64,000 bases of DNA from an uncultured Clostridia bacterium (GTDB lineage: Bacteria; Bacillota; Clostridia; Christensenellales; UBA1242): NCBI GenBank assembly GCA_947649575.1, contig CANSRZ010000002.1, positions 68,049-132,048 on the forward strand, written 5' to 3'. Shown here piece by piece: positions 36,824 through 45,944 of the stretch. A program made the translations under genes and the position numbers. Under the pieces are notes generated by a model. That model was given only the letters and a program-made list of their open reading frames with translations, did not search any database and had not been told where the DNA came from. Numbering within the stretch: the stretch's first letter is position 1; each line of letters opens with the position of its first letter.

Positions 36824-37039
36824 CACGCGCGCAGGCGGGCGCAGATTATTATTTTATATAATACTTTTTAAGTAGTAGTATTAGTAGTAGCCTGTGTGTA
36901 TATGTGGACAACTCGCGAAAATTGTGTCGAATTTATGTAGTAAGACTGAAATTACACTATATATTGTGTAAATTTTGATTTTTAAAATGTGGATAACTTG
37001 TCGACAAGTGTGTGGACAAGCGTGGATAAGTTATCCACC
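36824..37039. other. oriC: oriC core: DnaA-box array, DnaA-trios, AT-rich unwinding element, GC clamp
   Basis: DnaA boxes: TGTGGATAA at 36988-36996 (perfect), TGTGGACAA at 36903-36911 and 37011-37019, TGTCGACAA at 36999-37007, and the head-to-head pair CGTGGATAA 37021-37029 / TTATCCACC 37031-37039. Trios TAGTAGTATTAGTAGTAG at 36873-36890. A 28-bp A+T block at 36845-36872. GC-rich CACGCGCGCAGGCGGGCGCAG at 36824-36844. Confidence 0.85.
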
Positions 37040-38383
37040 TTTCAACATTCGCTTAATTTCAGCCACCATTGTTTGTGTTTTTTGAGATGTTTTCATCTTT
37101 GCAGAGATATTATCGCGGGCATTTATCACTGTTGAGTGGTCTCTTCCGCCAAAAATCTTTCCAATTGCCTTTAATGGCATAGCCAAAAGCTCATCAATCA
37201 GATAAATTGCAATCATTCTTGGCTCAACAATCTCTTTGCTTTTCTTTTTGCTGACGATTTCTTCCTTTGTTATGTCAAAATATTTGCAAACTGTGGAGAT
37301 AATCATCTCAGGAGTGTAGTCCTCATTTTTATCTTCTTCTGCTTCGCTATCAAAGGCTTCAATAGCATCTTCTTTTGTTGCAGACTTTTTTCCAAGCAGG
37401 TTTGCAAAGAAATTAACCTTTGCAAGCATGCCCTCAAGTTCACGGATATTGCTGTCAACGCGCTCTGCGATATAGTTTATTGCGTCGTCGTCAATAACAT
37501 ATTTTTCTATCTGGCATTTTTTTCTAAGAATAGCAACTTTTGTTTCATAATCAGGGGATTGAATATCCTGTAATATTCCACTTGAAAATCTTGATTGAAG
37601 TCTGTCAGTAAGGGTAGGAATTTCTTTAGGTGGACGGTCAGATGTGATAATAACTTGTTTATTGTTTTGATAAAGTTCGTTGTAAGTATTAAAAAATTCT
37701 TCTTGAGTTCCCATTTTGTTAGAAATAGATTGAATATCATCAACCATTAAAACGTCTAGATTTCTATACTTTGCTCGAAATTCAAGAGTTGCCTTCATTT
37801 TGCTGTTAGAGCCTAGGCTTTCAGTGTAAGCATTAACAAATTGTTCGCAAGTTACATAAGCAACTTTCAAATTTGGATTAAATTCTCTTAAATAATTGCC
37901 AATTGCATGCAAAATATGAGTTTTTCCAAGCCCAACTCCTCCATAAATAAAAAGAGGATTAAATTTTTCACCAGGGTGTTCTGCGACAGCACGAGCGGCT
38001 GCATAAACAAATTGATTGCTTTTGCCTACAACAAAGTTATCAAAAGTATATTTGTTGTTAAATGGATTTTTAGTAACTTCTACTTCTTTTTGAGAATTTT
38101 TATCTCCATTTTTTTCAACATAAGCGATTTCTTCGTTTGGATCTAAAACTTCAATTTCAACAGAAGTTCCGATAATATCGTTTACGACCTCGCTAAGCTT
38201 GTCCATGTAATTTCTTAAAATTTGATTTTTTGCTGAAGTTGAGTTTGTTGCAATAACAAGTTTTTTGTTATCAACAAGATCAACAACTTTCAATGGTTTG
38301 AACCACATAACAAAAGAAACGTTTGAAACATTAAGTTCAAGTTTCTCCAAGATTGTAGCCCAAATATTTTTTAACTCTTGCAT
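37031..38383 (-). CDS. dnaA: Chromosomal replication initiator protein DnaA
   Basis: 450 aa from ATG 38383 (AGGTGG RBS; the ORF-track GTG at 38392 is less likely). GGVGLGKTHL Walker A, LMVDDIQ, C-terminal box-binding domain ..GGRDHSTV. Confidence 0.96.
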   Translation of the reverse strand: MQELKNIWATILEKLELNVSNVSFVMWFKPLKVVDLVDNKKLVIATNSTSAKNQILRNYMDKLSEVVNDIIGTSVEIEVLDPNEEIAYVEKNGDKNSQKEVEVTKNPFNNKYTFDNFVVGKSNQFVYAAARAVAEHPGEKFNPLFIYGGVGLGKTHILHAIGNYLREFNPNLKVAYVTCEQFVNAYTESLGSNSKMKATLEFRAKYRNLDVLMVDDIQSISNKMGTQEEFFNTYNELYQNNKQVIITSDRPPKEIPTLTDRLQSRFSSGILQDIQSPDYETKVAILRKKCQIEKYVIDDDAINYIAERVDSNIRELEGMLAKVNFFANLLGKKSATKEDAIEAFDSEAEEDKNEDYTPEMIISTVCKYFDITKEEIVSKKKSKEIVEPRMIAIYLIDELLAMPLKAIGKIFGGRDHSTVINARDNISAKMKTSQKTQTMVAEIKRMLKGG

Positions 38384-38487
38384 TTTATCCACCTTTTAAA
38401 TTTAATGCCAAATTATAGGCATATAAAAAATTGCGAAAGTTCCCTTTCGTAATTTATTATATTAGTTAATTTTGTTTTTGTCAATTT

Positions 38488-38525
38488 AAAAAGACAAATC
38501 TTTAATGAAAAAATTTGTCTTTTTT
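38488..38525 (-). terminator. Intrinsic terminator between the 366-aa lipoprotein gene and dnaA
   Basis: AAAAAGACAAAT-13 nt-ATTTGTCTTTTT. Confidence 0.65.
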
Positions 38526-38531
38526 GAAAAG

Positions 38532-39632
38532 TTATAATTCGTCAGGCAAATCCATAAAAACTTTGACAGTCACATTACGTCTTGTTCCACTGTTTGCAAC
38601 TTTAGCAGAAGAAGTTTTCATAACAAAGTGTATATCATGTAAATTGACAAAATACATTTGACCATAAACATTAAAAGTTGTTTTTTCAGAGTATCCAAAA
38701 TCTTGACCATAAAAGTCTACAATGCTGTCTTTATAAAAATTTTCTTCTTTTATTAAATTGCTGTTCAAAGTGCTAAGATAGCCGTAATTTTGCGTTAAAA
38801 AGTTAAAAATTTGCAGTTTTGTGCTGTTATTTTTATTAATTTGATTAAATTCTGTCAAATCTCTAACAAATTCTGTCTCGGTATTATTGATAGAATAAGG
38901 TGCTAACGCGCGATATCCTGGCGCGTTTTCGATTATTGAAAAAGCACTCGAATAGCTGTTTGTTGTATAGTTTGAGTAATCGTAAATTTGATTATTTTTA
39001 ATTTCATAGGTCATTTTGACATTGTTTAAAACTTCATTGTCTTCACGGGTTAACATAATTCCGTTAAGACAAGTTATATTATTTTCTTGTAAAGTAGCAT
39101 TATCTATTTGTTTATATGGATGAATGTCGCAATCATTGATATTAGCATTTCCATTTTTAATTTGAATTGCATTAGTGAAAGGTTGATTAAGATTATCATC
39201 AGTCAATGAAATATAATCATTGATAATTTCGATGTTAGAGATATTTATAGAATAGTTAATTTGTTCAGAATTTGCTAAATTTGTGATAAAAGAGCCAAAA
39301 ATTTTAGGTTTTTTGCGATTTTGCTTAACTCCCGTAATATTAATTGCTTTGTCTATTATATAGTTGACATACACATTCTCACTGTTTTGAGCAACTTTAA
39401 AACCGTTTTCTTGGAAAACTTTATTAGTAAAATCCTCTTTTACATCATTATATATATAGATAGTGTCGCCCGCATCACAAGCAACAATAGCCTCAGCAAG
39501 GGAATTATATTTTGTTTTGCCAATTTTGCAAATAGCTTTTTCGAACATAGCATTGCAACCCATAAAAGCAAAGCAAGGCAGAATAAGACAAAGCAGACAT
39601 ACAAAAACTGTAAAAAACTTAACTTTTTTCAT
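38532..39632 (-). CDS. Putative lipoprotein, Asn-rich, unknown function
   Basis: 366 aa. Signal peptide with lipobox AFMGC. GAGGAG RBS. Confidence 0.65.
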   Translation of the reverse strand: MKKVKFFTVFVCLLCLILPCFAFMGCNAMFEKAICKIGKTKYNSLAEAIVACDAGDTIYIYNDVKEDFTNKVFQENGFKVAQNSENVYVNYIIDKAINITGVKQNRKKPKIFGSFITNLANSEQINYSINISNIEIINDYISLTDDNLNQPFTNAIQIKNGNANINDCDIHPYKQIDNATLQENNITCLNGIMLTREDNEVLNNVKMTYEIKNNQIYDYSNYTTNSYSSAFSIIENAPGYRALAPYSINNTETEFVRDLTEFNQINKNNSTKLQIFNFLTQNYGYLSTLNSNLIKEENFYKDSIVDFYGQDFGYSEKTTFNVYGQMYFVNLHDIHFVMKTSSAKVANSGTRRNVTVKVFMDLPDEL

Positions 39633-39719
39633 ATTTACTCCTCAATATAAGTTAATTATATATAATTTTGTTTTTTTTAGCAAATTATTTCAGTTAAATG
39701 TAAAATTTATAATGATAAT

Positions 39720-39748
39720 TTGATTTCTTAAAACAAAAGTGATATAAT
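39720..39748 (+). promoter_or_regulatory. Extended -10 promoter positioned for leaderless recF mRNA
   Basis: TTGATT (39720-39725), 17 nt ending TGA, TATAAT (39743-39748), then AATGTT, then ATG at 39755. No SD sequence. Confidence 0.6.
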
Positions 39749-39754
39749 AATGTT

Positions 39755-40846
39755 ATGAAAATCAACACGCTGACTTTGAAGAACTTTCGTAATTATCAAA
39801 AAGAAGTTGTAAAGTTTGAGGATGGACTTAATATTTTGGTTGGCAAGAATGCTCAAGGAAAGACAAATATTCTTGAAGCAATCTTTTTTGCTGTTATTGG
39901 AAAATCTTTCAAGGCAAGTAAAGAAAAGGAAGCAATCAAGTGGGAAGAAGAGGTTGCTTCTATCAAAGCAGAGTTTTCACGAGAGTTTAGAGATGTGGCA
40001 ATTGAACTGATTTTTAATAAATCTGCTAAAAAAGCTGTCAAAATTGATGGAATATCTATAAAAAAAATTGGAGAATTGTTAGGCAATGTTAATGCAGTGT
40101 TTTTTTCTCCGCAAGAGTTGAAGTTGGTTAAAGAAAGTCCAGACGAGCGCAGACGCTTTATGAATGTTGATATTTCTCAAACAAACAAGAGATATTTTTA
40201 TGCGCTTAACCGTTATGAAAAAGTTTTGGCAAACAGAAATAAACTGCTCAAAATGTCAAAAGATTTCAATGCTCTTAAAGAAACAATTGATATTTGGGAC
40301 AAAGCTCTTGTTGACCTTGCCGAAAAAATATATCTTGAACGCAAGCTTTTTATAGAAAAATTAGCGCCTTTCGCTGAAAAAGCACATAATTATATTTCTA
40401 ATGGACAAGAAAAACTGGAAATTAAATATGATAGTTTTGATTTTGGTGATAAAGATTTCAAAAGTGAAATGCTTAAAGCTTTGCAAAAAAATCTTGAAAA
40501 AGATTATAAGCATGGATACACTTCTGTTGGAGTTCACCGTGATGACCTTGATATTTATTTAAATGGCGTTGAAGTTAAAAGTTTTGGATCTCAAGGTCAG
40601 CAACGAACAGTTGCGCTTTCTATGAAACTTGCTGAGCTTGAAATAATTAAAGAAAGAGCAGGTGAGTATCCAATTCTTTTATTAGACGATGTCTTCAGTG
40701 AGCTTGACATTGATAGACAAAAGCGACTTCTTAATTTTACTTCACGAACTCAAACAATAATAACTTGTACTGAATTTAATTTAAAATCAGAAGTTAACAT
40801 TTTGCAAGTAGTAAATGGCAAAGTACAAAAAAACACAGCAAATTAA
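39755..40846 (+). CDS. recF: DNA replication and repair protein RecF
   Basis: 363 aa. LKNFRNY..., GKNAQGKTNILEAI Walker A, GSQGQQRT signature, LLLDDVFSELD Walker B. Confidence 0.94.
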   Translation: MKINTLTLKNFRNYQKEVVKFEDGLNILVGKNAQGKTNILEAIFFAVIGKSFKASKEKEAIKWEEEVASIKAEFSREFRDVAIELIFNKSAKKAVKIDGISIKKIGELLGNVNAVFFSPQELKLVKESPDERRRFMNVDISQTNKRYFYALNRYEKVLANRNKLLKMSKDFNALKETIDIWDKALVDLAEKIYLERKLFIEKLAPFAEKAHNYISNGQEKLEIKYDSFDFGDKDFKSEMLKALQKNLEKDYKHGYTSVGVHRDDLDIYLNGVEVKSFGSQGQQRTVALSMKLAELEIIKERAGEYPILLLDDVFSELDIDRQKRLLNFTSRTQTIITCTEFNLKSEVNILQVVNGKVQKNTAN

Positions 40847-40861
40847 CGCTGTGTTTTTATA

Positions 40862-42664
40862 TTATTTAAGCCATTCAATTTCTTTATTGTAAAAGTCTTC
40901 TTGTAAAAGACGTGTATGCATTGGAATTAAGCTTAGTCCGCCACGTTTTAAAAACATTTCATGACCTCTAACAATAAGATCGGTCACAACAAAAAATTTA
41001 ACCTGGTCTTGAATATATGCTGGAATTTTCCCGCCATTCACAATACGTAGATATTCGCTAAAAAAACCTTTTTTGACTTCTGAAGAGCCCTCTTTAAACA
41101 TAAAAGGTATATTGTATCTGAAATTTATAACATCAAAACTGATATAAAAATTTTCGTTATCAACCAAACAAACTTTTTTGCCGTTATATAATATGTTGCC
41201 AAGTTTGATGTCACCATGAATAAGTTTTAATTTTTCGTTCTTAAAAGCTGGCTTAAATCTGTTTAATAAATCTATGATAGTTTTTTTGCTGCAAGGCATA
41301 AACTTTTTGTAAGGACTATTATAGACTTTTTCAAGCATTGCAAGATCAGACTGATAAACATCTTCAATAGTAACCGTTGGTAGATATTTTTTATTTATCT
41401 TTGCTTTATCTAGGTTTTTGAAATATTTTGTAACTTTTTTTGCGCATTGAACACCTGCATTAAAATCATTACGGTCAAAAAATAAATTATACTCTTTGCC
41501 TACAAAGAAATCTAAAACAACAAAAATTTTGTTTGAACTTTTTAAAACTCCGCAAGCGTGAAGTTTTGGAACTGGCATTTTGCAATCAACTGGAATGCTA
41601 TAGAAATATTTATATTTAGCAAGGGTTTCTTTATTGCCACGCATAACCTTTAGAAAATAATCTTTTTTATTAACTGTGATTTTAAAAACTGTATTGTCAT
41701 TATTATAACTGCCTTTCAAGTTTTTAAAACTTGCGTTTTTCAAAAATTCAACATCATTTCTGTTAAAAGTAACAAGCTCATTTTTAAGACTAATTTTCCC
41801 ATTGTTATAATATTTTTGAATAGTAGTAATATATTTTTCTGCATTTTTGTAAGCTTTTTGCTTTAAAAATAGCAAAATATTGCTAAAAGCATTATAAAGG
41901 AATGTATAATCACAACATTTTAAAATATTATCAGGTATATCAAATTGATATAAACCCTCTAGATAGCCTTGTGTAAAAATTATAGATTTTTCAATATGGT
42001 TTTCTTTATCACTGCATAAGGAATGCATAATTGTGGAAGTTATTTCATGATAATCTGTGTTTTCAATATCGCAAGCCAAAACAGAACCTGGCTTTTCAAA
42101 TAAAAAGTTGTCAGGGTGAACATTTGGCAAAGCAAAAACAAGAGAACTTTGTTTTAAGATATTTATGTTTTTTAAGATATAATCGCGCAGTTCAAACAAA
42201 AAGGCTTGGCTTTCAGTTGTCAATTTTTGAAAATTGTTAATTGAATTAAATTCTATAACTGTTTGTAAAATTTGTGTTGTAAGCAATTGATAGCTTTCTT
42301 CAGGCAAAGGCATGTCAGGATAGATATTGCGCAAGTTGAAACAATTTTGACTTACTCTAAAGCCAAGCTCATAAATATCCTTTGTGCTTAACATATCAAA
42401 ATAGTTAAGCAAGGTTTTGTAATCAGCAAATTCTTCAACAATAAAATATTGTGAACCAATCTTTCCAGAGCTAATTATTTTTACGCTTGGAATATTTGCT
42501 TCATTAAATATTTTCTTTAGTTTAGGATTGACAGGTTCATTTGTAAACTTAACAAAATATTTTTTATTCTGTTTTGTAACAATGTATATTTCAGATTTTA
42601 CATTGTTATAAACAGAACAATTTTCAAAGTTTTCAAGAAACTTAATTTGTTTTAACTTTTCCAT
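40862..42664 (-). CDS. Tandem protein-kinase-like (APH/CotS-type phosphotransferase) protein: degenerate N-terminal copy plus intact C-terminal copy
   Basis: 600 aa. The second half carries LIHGDIKLGNILY...LVDNENF (HGDxxxxN plus a DxD-like motif). The first half has only NVHPDNFLF...CDIENTDY. Confidence 0.7.
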   Translation of the reverse strand: MEKLKQIKFLENFENCSVYNNVKSEIYIVTKQNKKYFVKFTNEPVNPKLKKIFNEANIPSVKIISSGKIGSQYFIVEEFADYKTLLNYFDMLSTKDIYELGFRVSQNCFNLRNIYPDMPLPEESYQLLTTQILQTVIEFNSINNFQKLTTESQAFLFELRDYILKNINILKQSSLVFALPNVHPDNFLFEKPGSVLACDIENTDYHEITSTIMHSLCSDKENHIEKSIIFTQGYLEGLYQFDIPDNILKCCDYTFLYNAFSNILLFLKQKAYKNAEKYITTIQKYYNNGKISLKNELVTFNRNDVEFLKNASFKNLKGSYNNDNTVFKITVNKKDYFLKVMRGNKETLAKYKYFYSIPVDCKMPVPKLHACGVLKSSNKIFVVLDFFVGKEYNLFFDRNDFNAGVQCAKKVTKYFKNLDKAKINKKYLPTVTIEDVYQSDLAMLEKVYNSPYKKFMPCSKKTIIDLLNRFKPAFKNEKLKLIHGDIKLGNILYNGKKVCLVDNENFYISFDVINFRYNIPFMFKEGSSEVKKGFFSEYLRIVNGGKIPAYIQDQVKFFVVTDLIVRGHEMFLKRGGLSLIPMHTRLLQEDFYNKEIEWLK

Positions 42665-42731
42665 AACGCCTCACTATGGATATGTTATAAAAAAAGTTAA
42701 ATTTTGTCAAATGATTTAAACAAAGATATAT

Positions 42732-43418
42732 TTATACTTTATAATATTCCAAAATTCCGCCTAAAACGCAATAGCACATTTTTTTCATATAATCGTCTGT
42801 TTGTAAAAGCTTTTCTTCTTCTGGGTTAGAAAGAAAGCCAAACTCTACAAGAATGGCAGGTTTGTCTGTGCAGTTTAAAACAAAATAATCACCAATACTA
42901 GCCGTTTGTTTTGCTGTTGAAAATCCGTCGTGCAAAAAAGATTGCACTGAGGTTGCAAAATTTTTGCCTGCCTCATTGCCCTTTGCGTAAAAAACTTGTG
43001 CGCCTTTGCAAGAAGCTAGGTTGAAACTGTTCATATGAATGCTGATAACTAAATCGGCGTCGCTATTGTCAATAATCTGTTTACGCTTTTGCATTTCGCT
43101 TTTCTTTTTGTTGGAAGCGTTTGGACTGTACAGCCCGTTTTCATCCTTTCTTGTCATAACAACCTTTATATTAGAGTCCTCACACATCGCTTTAAGAGCC
43201 TTTGCATAACGCAAATTGAGATCGCTTTCTTTGACCCCTGTTGTTTTTCCAGAACTTCCCGCGTCAATCCCGCCATGCCCTGCGTCAATCACAATGGTGT
43301 GCAAAGGCTTTGGTGAAGTGCTGACCTTGACAGGAAAATACGCTCCACAGAAAACACCTATTGCAAGAATGCATAACAAAAAAATAATAATTGATTTCTT
43401 TTTTAAAATAAAAAACAT
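42732..43418 (-). CDS. cwlD: N-acetylmuramoyl-L-alanine amidase (Amidase_3, CwlD-like)
   Basis: 228 aa. N-terminal TM segment, IVIDAGHGGIDAGS, ESDLNL, ISIHMNS, EFGFLSNPEE. Confidence 0.8.
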   Translation of the reverse strand: MFFILKKKSIIIFLLCILAIGVFCGAYFPVKVSTSPKPLHTIVIDAGHGGIDAGSSGKTTGVKESDLNLRYAKALKAMCEDSNIKVVMTRKDENGLYSPNASNKKKSEMQKRKQIIDNSDADLVISIHMNSFNLASCKGAQVFYAKGNEAGKNFATSVQSFLHDGFSTAKQTASIGDYFVLNCTDKPAILVEFGFLSNPEEEKLLQTDDYMKKMCYCVLGGILEYYKV

Positions 43419-43473
43419 GTTTTCCTCTAAGTATTATATTAAAGTAAATTAAGAATAATACAAATAATAAAAA

Positions 43474-43502
43474 TTGACATAGATTTGTTTTTATGATAAA
43501 AT
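43474..43502 (+). promoter_or_regulatory. Extended -10 promoter positioned for a leaderless mRNA
   Basis: TTGACA (43474-43479), 17 nt ending TGA, TAAAAT (43497-43502), then TGTTAT, then ATG at 43509. Confidence 0.6.
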
Positions 43503-43508
43503 TGTTAT

Positions 43509-44180
43509 ATGAAAAAGTTGATTTCTGTTTTTGCGATTTGTTTGTTGTTATGCGGGATGATGTTTGGCTTTACTTTTCAAAAGTCGAATATAGTTTTTGC
43601 TGACAATTTAACTTGTCAAGTGGTGGCGGAAAGTTGCTATATATATAAGGATAGGAATTTTGAAGAAAAGGTGACTGATTCTGATGGAAAAACTGTTGTG
43701 TTAAAGCATGGTCAAGTTTTGAATGTTTTGGAAAGTGAACAAGAAGATTCCAACTATATATATATAGAAACAAATGACGAATTTAATCATCAGGGTTATG
43801 TTTACAAATATTATGTAACTTTTAATAAAAATCAAGAAACGATTTATCCTGTTTTTAATGCCAAAGTTGTTGTGAGTGAAGCAAAAGTTTACGACTTACA
43901 GCAAAACGCAACTGAACTTAGATTAAGTAAAGACACAGAATTATATCTTTATCAAGGCTATAAAAGAAAAGCCGATTTTACAGCTGTATGTTTTGTTCAA
44001 GAAAATGGACAGTTATATTATGGATTTTTAATGACTGACGATTTGGCTCCTTATGGAGTTAACGCAGGTTTAATCACTGGCATTATGGTTGTTGCGTCGT
44101 GTGTGACAATAATCTTGCTGTTGTTGTTTATGAAAAAAGTTAAAAAGGTTAAGAAAAAGAAAGTTAACAGCGAAATTTAA
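43509..44180 (+). CDS. Secreted, C-terminally anchored protein with two SH3b-like modules
   Basis: 223 aa. Signal peptide, C-terminal TM segment followed by KKVKKVKKKK. Confidence 0.6.
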   Translation: MKKLISVFAICLLLCGMMFGFTFQKSNIVFADNLTCQVVAESCYIYKDRNFEEKVTDSDGKTVVLKHGQVLNVLESEQEDSNYIYIETNDEFNHQGYVYKYYVTFNKNQETIYPVFNAKVVVSEAKVYDLQQNATELRLSKDTELYLYQGYKRKADFTAVCFVQENGQLYYGFLMTDDLAPYGVNAGLITGIMVVASCVTIILLLLFMKKVKKVKKKKVNSEI

Positions 44181-44263
44181 AAGCTTTTATTTATTAACTG
44201 GCAGTAAATATTGAAAAACAAATCCTCATTGTGTATATTTAGATAAACACAAGGAGGATTTTT

Positions 44264-45460
44264 ATGTATATTCAAGAAGAGCTTATAAACAAGATTGAAA
44301 AACTTGAAAAAGAAATTTGGTTTTTGGTTAAAAACAAATTGCCAGCATTAAAAGATGAAATTATTGCGCAAATTGGTCAAGGTGGAGGGAATAAAGATTT
44401 GCTTGATAAAATAAATGCTAATACAAACAATATCACGCAAATTTTGACGGACATAGAATCAATTAACAATCTGATTACAAGTATTAATACCACTTTAACC
44501 GCTAATCAAGAAAGTATTTCAAATCTTAACACTTCAGTTGCAACAAATCAGGAGAATATAGCAAATATCAATAAAGCGGTTGATTCGAACAAAACAGAAA
44601 TTGCCAACAATGCAAAAGCAATTTCTGATAATGCTGAGCAGATAGCCAGCAATTCTCAGCAGATAGCAACAAATACTCAACAATTGGCAGATAATCAAGC
44701 TGATATTGAGCGATGTATTGCAAAAGCAGATAGTGCCGCAAATAATTTTAGTTCAACAATAGGTAGGCTGAATGAACTTAATAACAGAGTTGCAGATATT
44801 TATGTTGATGTAAAAAGCAATACTGAGGATATTGCTTCAATGACCGACAATATTGCGGAGGTTAGAAGTAAAATTGACCAATCGGCCGTTAATGTTTCCA
44901 ATCTAACAAACAAAGTTGCGTCAAACACAACAACACTTCAAACGCTTTCATCGCAGGTCGAACAAAACACAACCAAGCTTGGAACTGTTGAAAGTGATAT
45001 AACAAGCACCAATCAAAAAGTAAGTTCTGTTGAGGATAGAGTTAAAACGCTTGAAAACAGTGGTGGCGGTGGCGGTCGTGTTTCCGAAGTGATTTATGAT
45101 ATGAATAGTGCAGACGCAGCAATAAATCAAGGTTTTACGACAGGTATGGTAACAAACAATGCTATTTACTGGCAAAAGGATTATGACTTTATAAGAGTAT
45201 ATGCTTCTCTTAATGGAAATGCAGGTTATGCAGAAGTTCCACTTAAAAACACAGTGCGTGACGATTTTATGGTTGTGGGTGTTAATGCAACAGGCAAGTC
45301 AATGAACTATATGCGCGGTTTTGTTTTTAAAACCCAAAAAAGAATAAATGCAGGTTTGCGTTTTACTTATACAGTTGGCTCAGACGGGAATATAACATTT
45401 GATAGTTCGTCAAACAACAAGTTTTTCTTTTCAAGAATTGAGGGAATTATTGGCGTGTAA
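44264..45460 (+). CDS. Coiled-coil, phage tail-fibre/receptor-binding-like protein (orphan)
   Basis: 398 aa with no signal peptide. About 230 aa of N/S/T/I-rich periodic repeats (..NxxxIAxNxxxI..), a G5 hinge (ENSGGGGGR), and a ~130-aa beta-rich C-terminal domain. Confidence 0.6.
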   Translation: MYIQEELINKIEKLEKEIWFLVKNKLPALKDEIIAQIGQGGGNKDLLDKINANTNNITQILTDIESINNLITSINTTLTANQESISNLNTSVATNQENIANINKAVDSNKTEIANNAKAISDNAEQIASNSQQIATNTQQLADNQADIERCIAKADSAANNFSSTIGRLNELNNRVADIYVDVKSNTEDIASMTDNIAEVRSKIDQSAVNVSNLTNKVASNTTTLQTLSSQVEQNTTKLGTVESDITSTNQKVSSVEDRVKTLENSGGGGGRVSEVIYDMNSADAAINQGFTTGMVTNNAIYWQKDYDFIRVYASLNGNAGYAEVPLKNTVRDDFMVVGVNATGKSMNYMRGFVFKTQKRINAGLRFTYTVGSDGNITFDSSSNNKFFFSRIEGIIGV

Positions 45461-45482
45461 AAAGTAATGTTAAAAAATTAAA

Positions 45483-45944
45483 TTATTCATCGCTGCCATT
45501 TAAACGTTTATAGAAATTGAGTTGTTTTTCAAGAGAGTTGTTTTTATTGTTTGCCTCAATTGTTTTTACAGCCTTGGAATACATTAAATGTTTTGACCTG
45601 ATATTTTTGCTGATAACAGTTTCGCACAAAGAGATAAAAAATCCATTCTTGGGACGAATATCAAAAATTGTATTGGTGGTTGGATTTTTTAACCTTTGAG
45701 TGTCAAATGTGGTTGTAATTATGTATCTGATATCTCTTTCAACGCGTTTTGCAGAAGTTTTAAAATGTTCAGCAATTGTGGGATATAGCTCGCTGGTCAA
45801 TTTGTGAATAGCTCCAGGATTTTTGTATGCAAGCATCACTGCATATTTCAAATAGGTGTAGCCCATATTGTTTGCTGGCAAATTGGTTGATATTAATAAT
45901 GATGAAATTTCATCTTCAATGATGACTTCAAGTTCGTTTGTCAT
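45483..45944 (-). CDS. Standalone Spo0A C-terminal domain protein (second paralog)
   Basis: 153 aa from ATG 45944 (GGAGG upstream). NLPANNMGYTYLKYAVMLAY...LTSELYPTIAEHFKTSAKRVERDIRYIITT...RPKNGFFISLCETV. Confidence 0.7.
   Translation of the reverse strand: MTNELEVIIEDEISSLLISTNLPANNMGYTYLKYAVMLAYKNPGAIHKLTSELYPTIAEHFKTSAKRVERDIRYIITTTFDTQRLKNPTTNTIFDIRPKNGFFISLCETVISKNIRSKHLMYSKAVKTIEANNKNNSLEKQLNFYKRLNGSDE

Noticed and set aside
38385-38393. DnaA-box-like TTATCCACC overlapping the dnaA RBS (the same 9-mer also overlaps the dnaA stop at 37031-37039)
   Set aside because: A single 8/9 match whose complement doubles as the Shine-Dalgarno sequence (GGTGG). Autoregulation is possible, but one site does not support it.
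44264-45460. The 398-aa repeat protein considered as a YadA-like adhesin
   Set aside because: There is no signal peptide, anchor or sorting motif. The coiled-coil plus Gly hinge plus compact C-terminal head fits a phage fibre better, so the adhesin reading was dropped.
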